The notes under the pieces were generated by a model, which saw only the letters and a program-made list of their open reading frames with translations, did no database searches and had not been told where the DNA came from. The position numbers were made by a program, and so were the translations under genes. This document shows positions 28,603-43,425 of a stretch of 64,000 nt of DNA, piece after piece. Positions within the stretch are counted from its first letter, which is position 1. Each line of letters starts with the position of its first letter. The stretch is from the human T2T-CHM13v2.0 reference genome, Homo sapiens, in NCBI RefSeq assembly GCF_009914755.1, contig NC_060925.1, one strand, 5' to 3'.

Positions 28603-28865
28603 CTGTTGGCCCTCTGTGTCTGGGGGTTCCACATCTATAGATCGACCAACCATGGACTGATGGATTGAAAACATTTGGGGAAAAAACAAAAAATAACCCA
28701 ACAATGAAATAGTATAAATTTTAAAAATAATATAACAATATTTATATATCATTTACATTATGTTAGATATTATAATCTAGAGATGATTAGCATCCTTGGA
28801 TTTTGGATTTTGGTATCCTTGGGGTATCCTGGAACCAATCCCTGGCGGATACCAAGGGATGACTG
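28603..28865. mobile_element. MER2-like Tigger MITE inserted in a MIR
   Basis: TA-flanked termini CTGTTGGCCCTCTGTGTC / GATACCAAGGGATGACTG. Confidence 0.75.
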
Positions 28866-30550
28866 TAATATAATAACATCTAACAAGTGAAGGATTTGAA
28901 CCCCAATGTAAGTAATTATGAAAACTATTTTTCTTCCACTAGAACTTTTTTCCCCAAAAATACTCTGGAAATACTGGAACAAATACTAAAATAAATGACC
29001 TTTATTTGAAGATCTTTTAAAAAAATTATAAGCCTGCCTGAGGATAGCAAAATTGTGTGCTTTTGCAAGGTAATTGTAGAACTCATTCTAAGGAAGCAGA
29101 GGTAATGTCTGTTACTATTTTCAGCTCCCTTTTTCTGTCCACTGTTGTCTAAATGATTCACTCAGTGTTATGCAGAATATGAGAAGTTATTTTATAAAGT
29201 TGATTTGTGGTATAGGCTTTACATATGTCTTTTCTTTTGGTCAAAATACTAAAGAAAGCTTATAGAAAAAGTGACCTGGTGTCAGGTTTTAGTTTCATCC
29301 TTATCCAAATGTTGCAGAATTTTGGAATCTTTTGGAGTACACTTTCTCTTTAAAACAAGCCCATCACCTTTAGTATAGTGGTGAGTAAAAATAAAATAAA
29401 AACAAGGCCAAATTGCGTTTTTCTAAATTGCAAGTTCCCTGTTTTCCATATCCCAGTAACAAACCTACTGTTGTGCAAATAGGAAATAACATCTAGTAGC
29501 TACTTTAGCAATGGACGTGGCAAAATAAATAAATTAGTAGCTATGGCTCATTATTTAGGATTTAAATGAGCCATAACTACTATAAATGAAATTGAAGATC
29601 ATGTTCTTAATTTGAAATTAAGGATCATGATCTCATTGGTACTGATGAGTCAGCAGCTATCAATATATAAGGATAACCCTTATATTTTAGGAATTATTTT
29701 AGGAGAAAGAACTATTTTAGGAATTATTTTACACAGAATTCTAATCATGCTGCCTTGGAGGTTAGGCAACTACCATTCCTCACTTTGTAGCTTTATTGAT
29801 TCTCTTCTGAAGCTTGCAGTAGCCTCCTAACTTGCCTTGCTGCCAGTCCTTCCTTGTCCCAGTCTATCCTTCACATTGCCACCAGTGTTATTTTTCTGAA
29901 ATACGAAAGCGAATATGAGGCTTCTCTGCTCCTTGGTGATAATAGTATAAAGTCCAAACTCTTAAGTATTACATAAAAAGTATGTTTCACAGCACACCTC
30001 AACTTTGTTTTCTATAATCTCTTAATCGTAATGAAATCTGGGCTAAATAATGCTATCACTTTAACTACCTTTGTGCATGCTTCCTCCCAACTCTGGAGTA
30101 ACCTTTTCCCATCTTTACCTGGCAAACTTCAAACCATACCTCATGACCCAGCTTAAATTTTAGCTCCTATATGAAGTTTTCTCTGATACTTTTATGTGTA
30201 ATCACCCTTTCTTTGATTATGTGTGGTAGATATTTCTATTTTTGAATTCTTCCTAGCATATTATAATTTATTTGTTGACAAATCTATTTCTGTTATAGTG
30301 GGAGCTTCTAGAGGACAGGGACCATTTAATTATCCTCTCAGTATCCTAGCAACTGACACAGTAAAGGTTTTTGCACTTGAAATTACAAGTAATCTACTTG
30401 TAGTTAGCCCTCAGTTCACCTGATACTCTATACCATTTGTTCCTAGAAAACTATACAATACATGATAGGAACTTGGTAAATATTTAATGGTAATAATGGA
30501 AAAGAAGAAAAAATTGCATTTCATATGCTGTGTTTAAGAAGAAAGGTCTA

Positions 30551-30705
30551 CACCAGGCATGGTGGCTTACATATGTAATCCTAGTGCTTTGGAAGGCTGA
30601 GGCAGGGGGATCACTTCAGCCCAGGAGTTTGAGGCTGCAGTGAGCTATGATTGTATCATACTCTAACCTAGACAACAGAGTGAGACCCTGTCTCTAAAAA
30701 AAAGA
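30551..30705 (+). mobile_element. Alu monomer (FRAM/FLAM-like)
   Basis: Single arm with A-tail; approximate TSD AAGAAAGGT. Confidence 0.8.
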
Positions 30706-30893
30706 AAAGAAAGGTGCATGAATAAACCATTTAAGAAAAACTCAGGAATACAGTATTTCAATATTGAAAAGGTTGAAATTATCAGAAGAAATTTATTTTT
30801 TTGGCATAGCATTCTCTGGTTCTAGAAATACAAGATAACAAAATGTTTTCCACATGGTTAGCTAGCGAAACAGAAGCACCTTAAGATATTTCA

Positions 30894-31191
<298 letters not shown>

Positions 31192-31351
31192 AAGATACTT
31201 CAAGCAAAAAGTGATTTAATATAGGGATTAGGTAATGAAATTACAAGAAGAACTGGAGGAGCAAAAAAGGCAAGGCAGGCACGATTGCCCAGATACGAGA
31301 AACTGTGAGAACTCCTTTGATCATCTGTAACTTTCAGTCATGCCAGAGCCT

Positions 31352-32420
<1,069 letters not shown>

Positions 32421-33067
32421 CTGTCTGCACAGGTTCTTCCCTGCTTTGAAATGCTCTTTTCCTGTCAAACCTTTGTTCATACTGCAAGATGCAGCTTATA
32501 ATTCAGTACCCATGTAGAGCTTTTTCTGTCATCTCCAGATTATAGTCAGTAGTCTTTTCCTCTGTATAATCTGTGCCTGTTGTATATATTTCTATTTTTA
32601 TGTCCATCATTCCTTATCATTTATTTGCTTAGATATTTTTCTGTCAGAGTGTCCAGGGAAAAGTAAGCATGTTGTCACCAACTCTTTGTCTCTAGTAACT
32701 GCAACAGTGAAGGTATTTGCTATTGAACTTGTAAGTATCTGCTTCTGGTCAGTACTAATTTCACCTAGAGTACCATACCATCTGTCCGTAGAGCTTCAAC
32801 CTGAGACCATTTAAAACACAAAAGATAGTGAATATTCAGTGGGGATAATGGAAAAGGAGAAAAAAATTGTATTTCAAATACTCTGTTTAGGAAGAAAGGA
32901 CCATATGTGAAACATTTAATTAAAAATTTCAGGAAAATTGGTATTTTAGTCTTGAAAGGTTTAAACTTACCTGGAAAAATAATTTTTCCAGCATAGCACA
33001 TTTTCTGATTCTAGGAATGCCAGATAAAATGTTATGCCATACAATTGATAAGAAAAATGGAAGTCAC

Positions 33068-33434
<367 letters not shown>

Positions 33435-33784
33435 CTAAATGATGAAATTGTTAGAAGGGCTGGTGGAGCAAAAAGAGGTGGTGTTGCCCAGAAATGAGGA
33501 AGTATAGTAAGCTACTTCTTCCTCTGGAGCCAGTAGTCAACCCATACTACACGATGACTTTAACAGAGTTGTGCTCCTCTGTCCCCCATGCAGCCAGTGC
33601 TGCCACCATAAGATCCAATGTCCAGCTGCTATCCAGGTTCTACAGGAGCCTACTCTTATGACAGTTGGGTACCATAGTCTGCTGGTACCACCACTACCTG
33701 AGCCAGAAGATTGTTTCCATGTCGTTCAGCTTTTTAATCTCTTGCAAATGCCTACAGTTGACAGAACCCTAACAGGGACGCTGT

Positions 33785-36700
33785 GAGGCGGAGCAAGATG
33801 GCTGAATAGAAGCCTTCCCCAATCATCCTCCCCACAGGAACACCAAATTGAACAACTATCCACACAAAAATAGCACCTTCATAAGAACCAAAAATCAGGT
33901 CAGTGATCACAACACCTGGCTTTACCTTTTTATTACTGAAAGGCACTTAAGAGGGTAGGAAAGACACAGGATTCCCTTCTGTCCCATGATGTGTCTAGAA
34001 ATGTCATCTGGGAGCTAGGTCCTGGAATGGTGGCCTCAGGACTCCTCATGGTGTCCTGTCCTACTGTGGCTGACCAAGCAAAGTTCTCTTTATTCTTTCG
34101 TCTCCTCTCAAGCAGAAGGAAGGAGTCTCCCAGAGCTGTGCTGCCTTGGGTTAGGGGAGGGGTGGTGCAAGTATTCCCTTGGCTGCTCAGCTGGCATCTC
34201 ACTGGGTTGCATGCCCCTGAAGTTCACTGACTCCAAGCCCAGTACAGCATGAGCACTTGCCCAAGAATTGCAGCCCTTGTGGCCTAGACTGAACTGCCAG
34301 CCACTCTATTGCCTGTCAGCACCATGTGGCATGGAGAGAGAATCTGTGTGCTGGAGAGGGGAGAGCACAGTTATTATGGGACTTTGCATTGAATGAGTTG
34401 CACAGTCATGTCACAGCAGAAAGCAACACTGGGCAGAATTCAGCCAGTGCCCACAGAGGGAGCATTTACACAAACCCCAGTCCGAAGGGAATTGCCCACC
34501 GCAGAGGTTGGAACCTGTGTTCTGGCAAGCCTTGCCACTGCAAAGGTTCTAAATAAACTTGAAAGGCAGCTTAGGCCACAAGGACTGCAGTTCCTAGGCG
34601 ACTCCTCATGCTGTACTGGCCTTGGAGCCAGTAGACTTGGGGGTATGCAACCCAGCGAGACACCAGCTGGGCAGCAAAGGGAATGCTTGCACCATCCCTC
34701 CCCCAACCCAAGGCAGTGCAGCTCTAGGAGAGGCTTCTTCTGCTTGAGAGGAGAGGAAAGAATAAAGAGGAGTTGGCCTTGCAACCTGGATACCACCTCA
34801 GCCACATTGCAACCTGGATACCACCTTATGCCTCAGGACATAAGGCAGATTCCTGAGGTCCCCATTTTAAGCCCTAACTCCCAGATGACATTTCTAGACA
34901 CACCGTGGACCAGAAAGGAACCCCCTGCCTTGAAGGGAAAGGCCTTTCTGGCAGGATTCATCACCTGCTGACTAAGGAGCCCTTGGGCTGTGAAAAATAA
35001 GCAGCGGGTACCCAGGCAATGTTCACCATAGGCCTCGAATGAGACTCAGAGACATACTGACCTTAGATGTTAGCCAGCACATTCTCAGCTGTGGTAGCTA
35101 CAGGGAAGAATTCCTGCTTGAGAAAAGGAAGTGGGAGTGTAAAGAGGACTTTGCCTTGCAGCTTTAGGTACCAGCTTGGCCATAGTGGGGTAGAGCACCA
35201 AGTGGGCTCTTGGGGTCCCCGATTCCAGGCTCTGGCTTGTGGAAGGCATTTCTGGACCTGCCCTGGATGAGAGGGGAGTCCACTGCCCTGAAGGGAGAGT
35301 CCCAGGCCTGGCAACATTCACCACAAGTTGATTGAAGAGCCCTTGGGCCTTGAATGAACATTAGAGGTAGACAGGCGGTACTTACTGTGGGCCTGGGGCA
35401 GTGGTGGCCATGGAAAGAGACTCCTCTGCTTGTAGAAAGAGGAGGGAAGAGTGAGAAGGACTTTGTCTTATGGCTTGGAGGCCAGTTCAGCTGCAGTAGC
35501 ATAGAACACCAGGTAGATTCCTAAGGTTTCAAAATCCAGGCTTGGTTCTCAGATGGCATCTCTGAACCTGCCCAGGACTTGGGGTGGGGGGTGGGGAGAG
35601 AACTTGCTTCCCTAAAGGGAAGGACGCAAGCCTGACTTTGCCATCTGCTGATGGTGGAGCCCTAGGGCCTTGAGCAAACATAGGTGGTAGCTAGGCAGTG
35701 GTTATCGTGGGCCTTGGGCGAGGACCAGTGCTGTGCTGGCTGCAGGTCTGACCCAGCACAGTCCCAGTGGTGCTTGTGTCACAGGGGTGCTTGTGTCACC
35801 CCTCCCCCAGCTCCACGCAGCTCAGCATAAAGAGAGACTACATTGGTTTGGGAGAAACTAAGGGAAGAGAACAAGAGTCTTTGCCTGGTAATCCAGATAA
35901 TTCTTCTGGAACTTATCTAAGACCACCACGTTACTGGGCTTGGAGTGCCCCTTAATGCAAATATGGCTGCAGTGACCAAAGACTTAGATCACAACACCCA
36001 AGTTCCTTCAAATACCTAGAAAGCCTTCTCAAGAAGAAAGTCTCAAAGCTAGGGCCTAAAATAGGGGTACAAACAAGTCAAAACTGTGAAGACTACAATA
36101 AACTCTTCAATGGCCAGACACTGACAAACAACCACAAGCATCAAGACCCTCCAAGAAAACATGCCCTCACCAAACAAACTAAATAAAGTCCAAGTGACCA
36201 ATCATAGAGAGATAGAGATAATGTGATCTTTCAGACAGATAATTCAAAATAGCTGTTTTGAGGAAACTCAACAAAATTTAAGATAACACAGAGAAACAAT
36301 TCAGAATTCTATCACATAAACTGAACAAAGAGGTTGAAATAAAAAGAAGCAAGCAGAAATTCTGGAGTTGAAAAATGTGATTGATATATTGAAGAATGTA
36401 TCAGCCTTAACTGCGGAATTTATCAAGCAAAAGAATTAGTAAGCTTGAAGACAAGCTATGCACAGAGGAGACAAAAGGAAACAATAAGAAAGAATGAAGC
36501 ACACCTGCAAGATATAGATTTGCCCTCAAAAGGACAAATTTAAGAATTATTGGCTCTTGACTACCTCAAGACATTTAAAAATGAAACTCCCAATGATCAG
36601 AGATAAAGTAAGAAACATAAAAGCAGCAAGAGAAAAGAAACAAATATTAATAACACAGCACAGCTCCAGTATGTCTCCAGCAGACTTTTTAGTGGAAACC

Positions 36701-37583
36701 TAACAGCTCAGGAGAGAGTGGCATGACATATTTAAAGTGCTGAAGGAAAAAAAACTTTTAGCCTAGAATAGTATATCCAGTGAAAATATCCTTCAAATGC
36801 GAAGGGAAGAAAAGACATTCCTGGCCGGCGTGGTGGCTCATGCCTGTAATCACAGGATTTTGGGAGGCCGAAGCAGGCAGATTACCTGAGGTCAGGAGTT
36901 CAAGACCAGCCTGGCCAAGATGGCAAAACCCCGTCTCCACTAAAAATACAAAAATTAGCTGGGCATGGTGGTGCATGCCTGTAGTCCCAGCTACTCAGGA
37001 GGCTGAGGCAGGAGAATTGCTTGAACCCTGGAGGTGGAGGCTGCAGTGAGCCGAGATCATGCCATCTGAAGGTACAAAACTCACTGGTAATAGTACTACA
37101 CAGAAAAACAAAGGATATAATAACACTGTAAACTGTGGTGTGTAAACTACCCATATGTTAAGTAGAAAGACAAAAAGATGAACCAGTAAAAAAAAGTAAT
37201 AACTTTTCAAGACATAGTACAATAAGATAAATAGAAACAATAAAAAGTTAAGAAGTTGGGGACAGAGTTAAAGTTATTAGTTTTCTCTTTGTTTATGGAA
37301 TCAATGTTAATTTGTCATCAGTTTAAAATAATGGGTTGTCAGACATTATTTGCAAGCCTCATGGTAAACTCAGATTTTAAAATATGGAAAAGATACACAA
37401 AAAATGAAATTGAAACAACCACCAAAGAAAATCACCTTCACTAAAAGGAAGACAGGAAGGAAGAAAAGAAGGAAGACCAGAAAACAAATAACAAAATGGT
37501 AGGACTATGGCCTTACTTATCAATAATAATATTGAATTTAAATGGATGAAACCCTCCAATCAAAAGACAGAGTAACTTAATGG

Positions 37584-37629
<46 letters not shown>

Positions 37630-40215
37630 AAGACCAGGCTGGTTACTGTGGCTCACACCTATAATCCCAGCACTTTGGGAGGCCAAGGCTGGAGGATCAC
37701 TGGAGTGCAGGAGTTTGAGACTAGCCTGGACAACCTAATGATACCTCCTCTCTACAAAAAATGTTAAAATTAGCTGGGCATGGTGGCACATGCCTGTGGT
37801 CTCAGCTGCTTGGGAGACTGAAGCAGGAGGATCACTGGAGCATGGGAAGTCAAGGCTGCAGTGAGCTGTGATCACATCACTGCACTCCAGTCTGGGGAAC
37901 AGAGCAAGACCCTGTCTCAAGAACCAACTCCTGCCAGCCCCCTCCCCCAACACACACACTAGCAAAAAAGACCCAATAATCTTTTGCCTACAAGAAGGAC
38001 ATAGAATGAAAATAACGATGCACATAGACTGAAAATAAAGGCACCATAGGCTGAAAATATAAAGGCACACATACAGTGAAAATAAAGGGATGGGAAAAGA
38101 TATTTTATGCAAATGGAAGCCAAAAAGCACAGGAGTAGCTATACTTCTATGAGACACAATAGATTTCCAGACAAAAACTATAAAAGGAGACAAAGAGGTC
38201 ATTATATAATGAAAAAGGGTCAATTCAGCAAGAGGATATAACAATTATAAATATATATGCACCCAACACTGGAGCACCTAGGTATATAAAGCAAATATTA
38301 TTAGAGCTTAAAGAGAGACCGCAATAAAATGATATCTGGACATGTCAACACCCCCGCTTTCAGCACTGGACGGATCATCCGACAGAAAATCAACAAAGAA
38401 TTATTGGACTTAATCTGCACTATAGACCTATGGACCTAATAGATATTTACAGAACATTTCATCCAGTGCCTGCAAAATACATTCTTTTCCTCAGAAGATG
38501 GATCATTCTTAAGGATACATCATATGTTAGGTCACAAAACAAGTCCTAAGAAATTCAAAAAAATTGAAATAATATCAAGCATCTTCTCTGATCACAATGG
38601 AATAAAACTAGAAATCAATAACAAGAGAAATTTTGGAAATGGTTATACAAACACATGGAAATTAAACAATAGTGGCCACTATGACCAACTATATGCCAAT
38701 AAATTGGAAAACCTAGAAGAAATGGATAAACTCCTAGACATATATAACCTACCAAGATTGAACCATAAAGAAAGTCAAAACCTGGACAGACCAATAACAA
38801 GTAATGAAACCAAAGCCATAATAAAAAGTATCCCAGCAAAGAAAAATATGGGATCCGATGGCTTCACTGCCGAATTCTACCAAATATTTGAAGAACTAAT
38901 ACCAATCCTACCCAAACTATTCTGAAAAATAGAGGAGGGAATACATCCAAATTCATTATACAAGGCCAATATTACCCTGACACCAAAACCAGACAAAGAC
39001 ACTTCAAAAAAAGAAAACCACAGGTGAATATCTCTGATGAACATTGATGCAAAAATCCTCAACAAAATACAAGCAAACTGAGTTCAACAAAGCATTAAAA
39101 AGATCATGCATCATGAGCAAGTGGGATTATCCCAGGGATGCAAAGATAGTTCAACATATGCAGATCAATCAACGTGAAATATCAACGGGTTGGACAAAAA
39201 CTATATAGGAAAAAAATCTAATAATCTAATTTAAAAATGGGCAAAAATTTGAGTAGACATTTCTCAAAAGACATACAAATAGCTAACAGGCATATGAAAA
39301 GGTGCTCAACATCATCGATCATCAGATAAATGCAAATAAAAAATACAATGAGATGTCATCTCACACCAGTGAAAATGGCCTTTTTCCAAAAGTCAGGCAA
39401 TAACAAATGCTGGTGAGGATGTGGAGAAAAGGGACCCCTTGTACACTGTTGGTGGGAATGTAAATTAGTACAACCAGTTTGAAGAACAGTCTGGAGATTC
39501 TTCAAAAAACTAAAAATGGAACTTCTATAGGATCCGGAAATGCCATTGCTATGTATATATCCAAAAGAAAGGAAATCAGTATATCAAAGACATTTCTGCA
39601 CTCTCATGTTTATTGCAGGACTGTTCACAGTAGCTGAGATTTGGAAGCAACCTAAGTGCCCATCAGCAGATGAATGGAAAAAGAATATGGTACATATACA
39701 AAATAGAGTAGTATTCAGCCACAAAAAGGAATGAGATCCTGTCATTTGCAGCAACGTGGTTGGAACTGGTGGTCATTATGTTAAGTGAAATAAGCCAGTT
39801 GGAGAAAGACAAAGTTTACATGTTTTCACTTAATTGTGGGAGCTAAAAATTCAAACAATTGAACTCACAGAGATTGAGAGTAGAATAATGGCTACAAAGA
39901 CTGGGGAGGGTAGTGGGAGAGGGGGTGGGGAAGTGGGGATGGTTAATGGATACAAAAATATAACTAGATAGAATGAATAAAATCTAGTATTTGATAGCAC
40001 AACAGGGTGACTGCAGTCAACAATAATTATACATTTAAAAACAAAAGAGTGTAATTGTATTGTTTGTGACACAAAAGATAAATGCTTGAGATGATGGATA
40101 CCCATTTACTCTGATGTGATTATTACATATTGTATGCCTGTATTAAAATATCTCATGTACCCCATAAATATATGCACCTGCTATATACCTGCAAACAAAA
40201 ACAAACAAAAACAAA
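33785..40215 (+). mobile_element. Old L1MA-type LINE-1 spanning 5'UTR to polyA, with internal deletions, an inverted 5'UTR segment and nested Alus (36823-37063, 37633-37920)
   Basis: 5' GAGGCGGAGCAAGATGGCTGAATAG; ORF1/ORF2 remnants ([35 protein letters not shown]); most of RT deleted near 39200; L1MA-like 3' end; degenerate TSD AACAGGGACGCTG / AACAGGAACCCTG. Inserted in an old LTR33/41-like LTR. Confidence 0.88.
37587..37628 (+). repeat. Pure (A)42 mononucleotide run
   Basis: Counted directly. Confidence 0.95.
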
Positions 40216-42623
40216 AACAGGAACCCTGCCGGCAACAGAGTCTAAGGAAATTTCTGTGTTGCCTAGCCCCTGCAATACAGTAAAAGGGTAGGCGGAGATG
40301 ATGCTGAACACATCACAATATCTGGAACACAGCATTATAAATATAGTTTATGAAAGAAATATAGAGACAAAGAAATTTGTCTCTAATGCTTTTAAATATT
40401 TCACACAATAAATAAGATCTTAGGTAACTTTCAGCCTTAATATTTTTACTAATAAATTAGAAAAGCTAGAGGGAACTTCCTCAACTTGGTAAAGAACATG
40501 TTCAAAAAAAGCTAACATTACGCCTAGTGGTAAGAAACCTGATCCTTTCCACTGAGATCAGGAAGAAGGCAAGGATGTTCCCTCTCACTACACCTTTTCA
40601 ACATTGTTATGGAAGTACTAGCTAAAGCAATGAGACTTTTAAAAAATTCTTTAAAAATATTAGAAAAGGTACCTGACAAGGCAGTCTTTCAAAGGTACAA
40701 AAGTAGATCTTTGAGCCTATTTGACAGAGGAGGAAAGTGTGTATGTGCACATACACATATGTGTGTGTGTAAGTGAATGATACACACACATTATATATAG
40801 TATATTGTATGACAAAAAGAATACTGTGGTTTGTGAAAATGGAATTTGTTTGTTTTTGCCAACCAATCACTCTATGATTTTGGTAGAACACTGGTAGAAT
40901 TCTGAAAGTTGAAATACAGCTTCATTAATGTGTATTAGGCATTGGCACTGTGCTGGAAACTAGGGACACACAGATGCAAATTATACACCTCAATTCAGTA
41001 AATGTTTATTAATTATCTCTGCACTAGGTACTGGGTCTACCAAGATGAATTAAGGCCAGATTTCTTTCTGCGAGGTCCTCATAATCCAGTGAGAAAGACT
41101 GATAAGCAAATGATTATAAGATTGTGATAAGTATATCGATAAATTGAAAGTATGACCACAAGAAAAATATTGAACGGTAAAATTTTAAAATTTAAGTGAC
41201 AAGAAACTTGGAGGTTACTTAAAATTACCCAAGAAGATGTCATATCCAGGAGAAAAAAACGTTTGCTCTGGAATGAAAAACATCTTGGGCAGTTACAGTT
41301 GAGGGATTTGGGGTTCTTAAGTGTGTATAGAATGGTCACTTTGGGAAATACAGAAAGATTTTTTTTTTAAAAACTCATCTGTAATCTCACCACACAGTTC
41401 CCCGTAACATTTTGATATACCCCTTTCTTAATCCAACGGCATCTCTTTTTAAAAATGGAAATAATGTAAAAAAACAGAGGCCTAAAAGTCCACAAAAAAG
41501 TGACAGGTTGCATGTTACATGTATATTAGAAGTTATTCAGGGAAAAAAAGAGAGAGAGAGACCCATTTGGGCCAGGTGTTTTAAACTTCAAAATACGCAC
41601 CTGAATGCAATAGCTTTTCCCAATTCTCATTTCTTTACTATTATTTGCCCTTCACCATCTACCCAGTCACACAATCAGAACCATCCACCTACTGCCAGAA
41701 TAATCTGTAAAACAATCTAATTTGTTAATCCGTTGGATTGAAATACTTTAATAGCTCCTCATGGATTTTGGTATCAAGTATCAATTTCTTATTTTAGCAC
41801 AGACAGCCCTTCTCCATCTAGCTGCCACCCACCTCACCAATCTGACCTGACCTCCTGCTCCCCACAGTTCTCTAGCCACATTAAAATGTTTGTAGTTGTA
41901 CAAATGCATAGTAGTATTCTCCAATCATCAGTATCTTTTTACATGCTCTTTTCTCTATCTAGAACATCATTACTCATCCCTACATTTTCTCTGTTTAATT
42001 GCTTCTCCTCTAAAACTCAATTCAAGGATTGCTTTTCAAGATGCTGCAGACTATTCTGTTGCCCCACTATACCATGCATATGCTACCTAACAGCATTTGC
42101 TATACTGTTCTGAATTATTGACGAATTGTTCTCTCATTTAATTTGACCTTGAGGACAGGAACTATGTCTTGATGATCTTTGAGGCTCCTGCTTCTATCAC
42201 AGTACCCAACATATAGTAGATGTTATAAATACTAGTTGAAAGAATCAGTGTAAAATGGTAGATAAAGGGGCTGATACTTTTTTTCATTAATAATCTTCAG
42301 GAAACACATTTAAGAATTATAGCAAATGTTAGTTGCCTACCCAACAGCCATTCTTCCTTTCTCTTTTGTTATTAAAACCCAGCTTTTGTTGTAGCAATGT
42401 ATCCTATGGCATGATTCTTGATAGACCTAAGTCAGTCATGACATCCCCTTCTTCTTTTCCAGTGATCCATATGGGTTGGGCATGATGAGTCACAGAGGAA
42501 AGATGCTGAGGCTTCAGGGAGAGGTCTTCTTCCCTGATAGAGAGTCACTTTCTCCCCTTTTCTCCCTGCTGTGTTTACTGTTTTGTAAGGGATATGAAGC
42601 ATGGAACTGGAGGAGCTGTCCTG

Positions 42624-43425
42624 TGTCAGCCTGAAATAATCAAAAGGATCAAAAATCCTGTTTTAGGCAACATAGGAAGACTCCAACTCCACAAAAAATT
42701 TAAAAAATTAGCCAGGTATGGCAGCACATGCCTGTACTCCTACCTACTTGTGAGGTTGGGGTGGGAGGATCACTTGAGCCCAGGAAGGTGAGGCTACAGT
42801 GAGCTGTGATCGTACCACTGCACTCTCACCTGAGCAACAGAATGAGACCCTGTCTCTAAAAAAAAATAATAAAAAATTTAAAATCCAGTTTTAAAGAGTT
42901 TATTCACCAACCTGGACAACATAGCAAGACCCCATCTCTTAAAAAATAAAAAAATAGCCAGGCATGGTGGCATGCACCTGTAGTCCCAACTACTCGGGAG
43001 GCTCAGGTGGGAAGATCACTTGAGCCTGAGAGGTCAAGGCTGCAATGAATCATGATTGCACCACTGCACTCTAGCCTGGGTAACAGAGCAAGACCCTGTC
43101 TCAGAACAACAACAAAAACGCCAAGAGTTTATTCAAGGAAAAAGCTGGGAATGGCCATCTGGGAAACAGACTCCAAAGAAATGGGGTCAGTGCTCTGAAG
43201 TTAAAAGTTAAGATCTTGCTTATAAATGCAGAAAACAAAGAAATTTAGTAGGATTATAACATTTTCACTACTAGGCTGGCTTATGAGTTACAACAGTTTA
43301 ATTAGTTACACTTTGTTTTCTTTTCCTTACAGTTTGTTTTACTTGTTAACACCTTATTGTCATCTCCTTTCCAACTTAAGAGTGTATTTAACATTCTTTC
43401 TTAGACATTGTGATAGTCGTGAAGT
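42624..43425. mobile_element. ERV1 LTR (MER67-like) carrying two 5'-truncated AluJ insertions (42666-42879, 42907-43122)
   Basis: TGTCAGCCTGAAATAATCAAAAGGATC...AAGAGTTTATTCAAG; each Alu has its own TSD. Confidence 0.65.
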
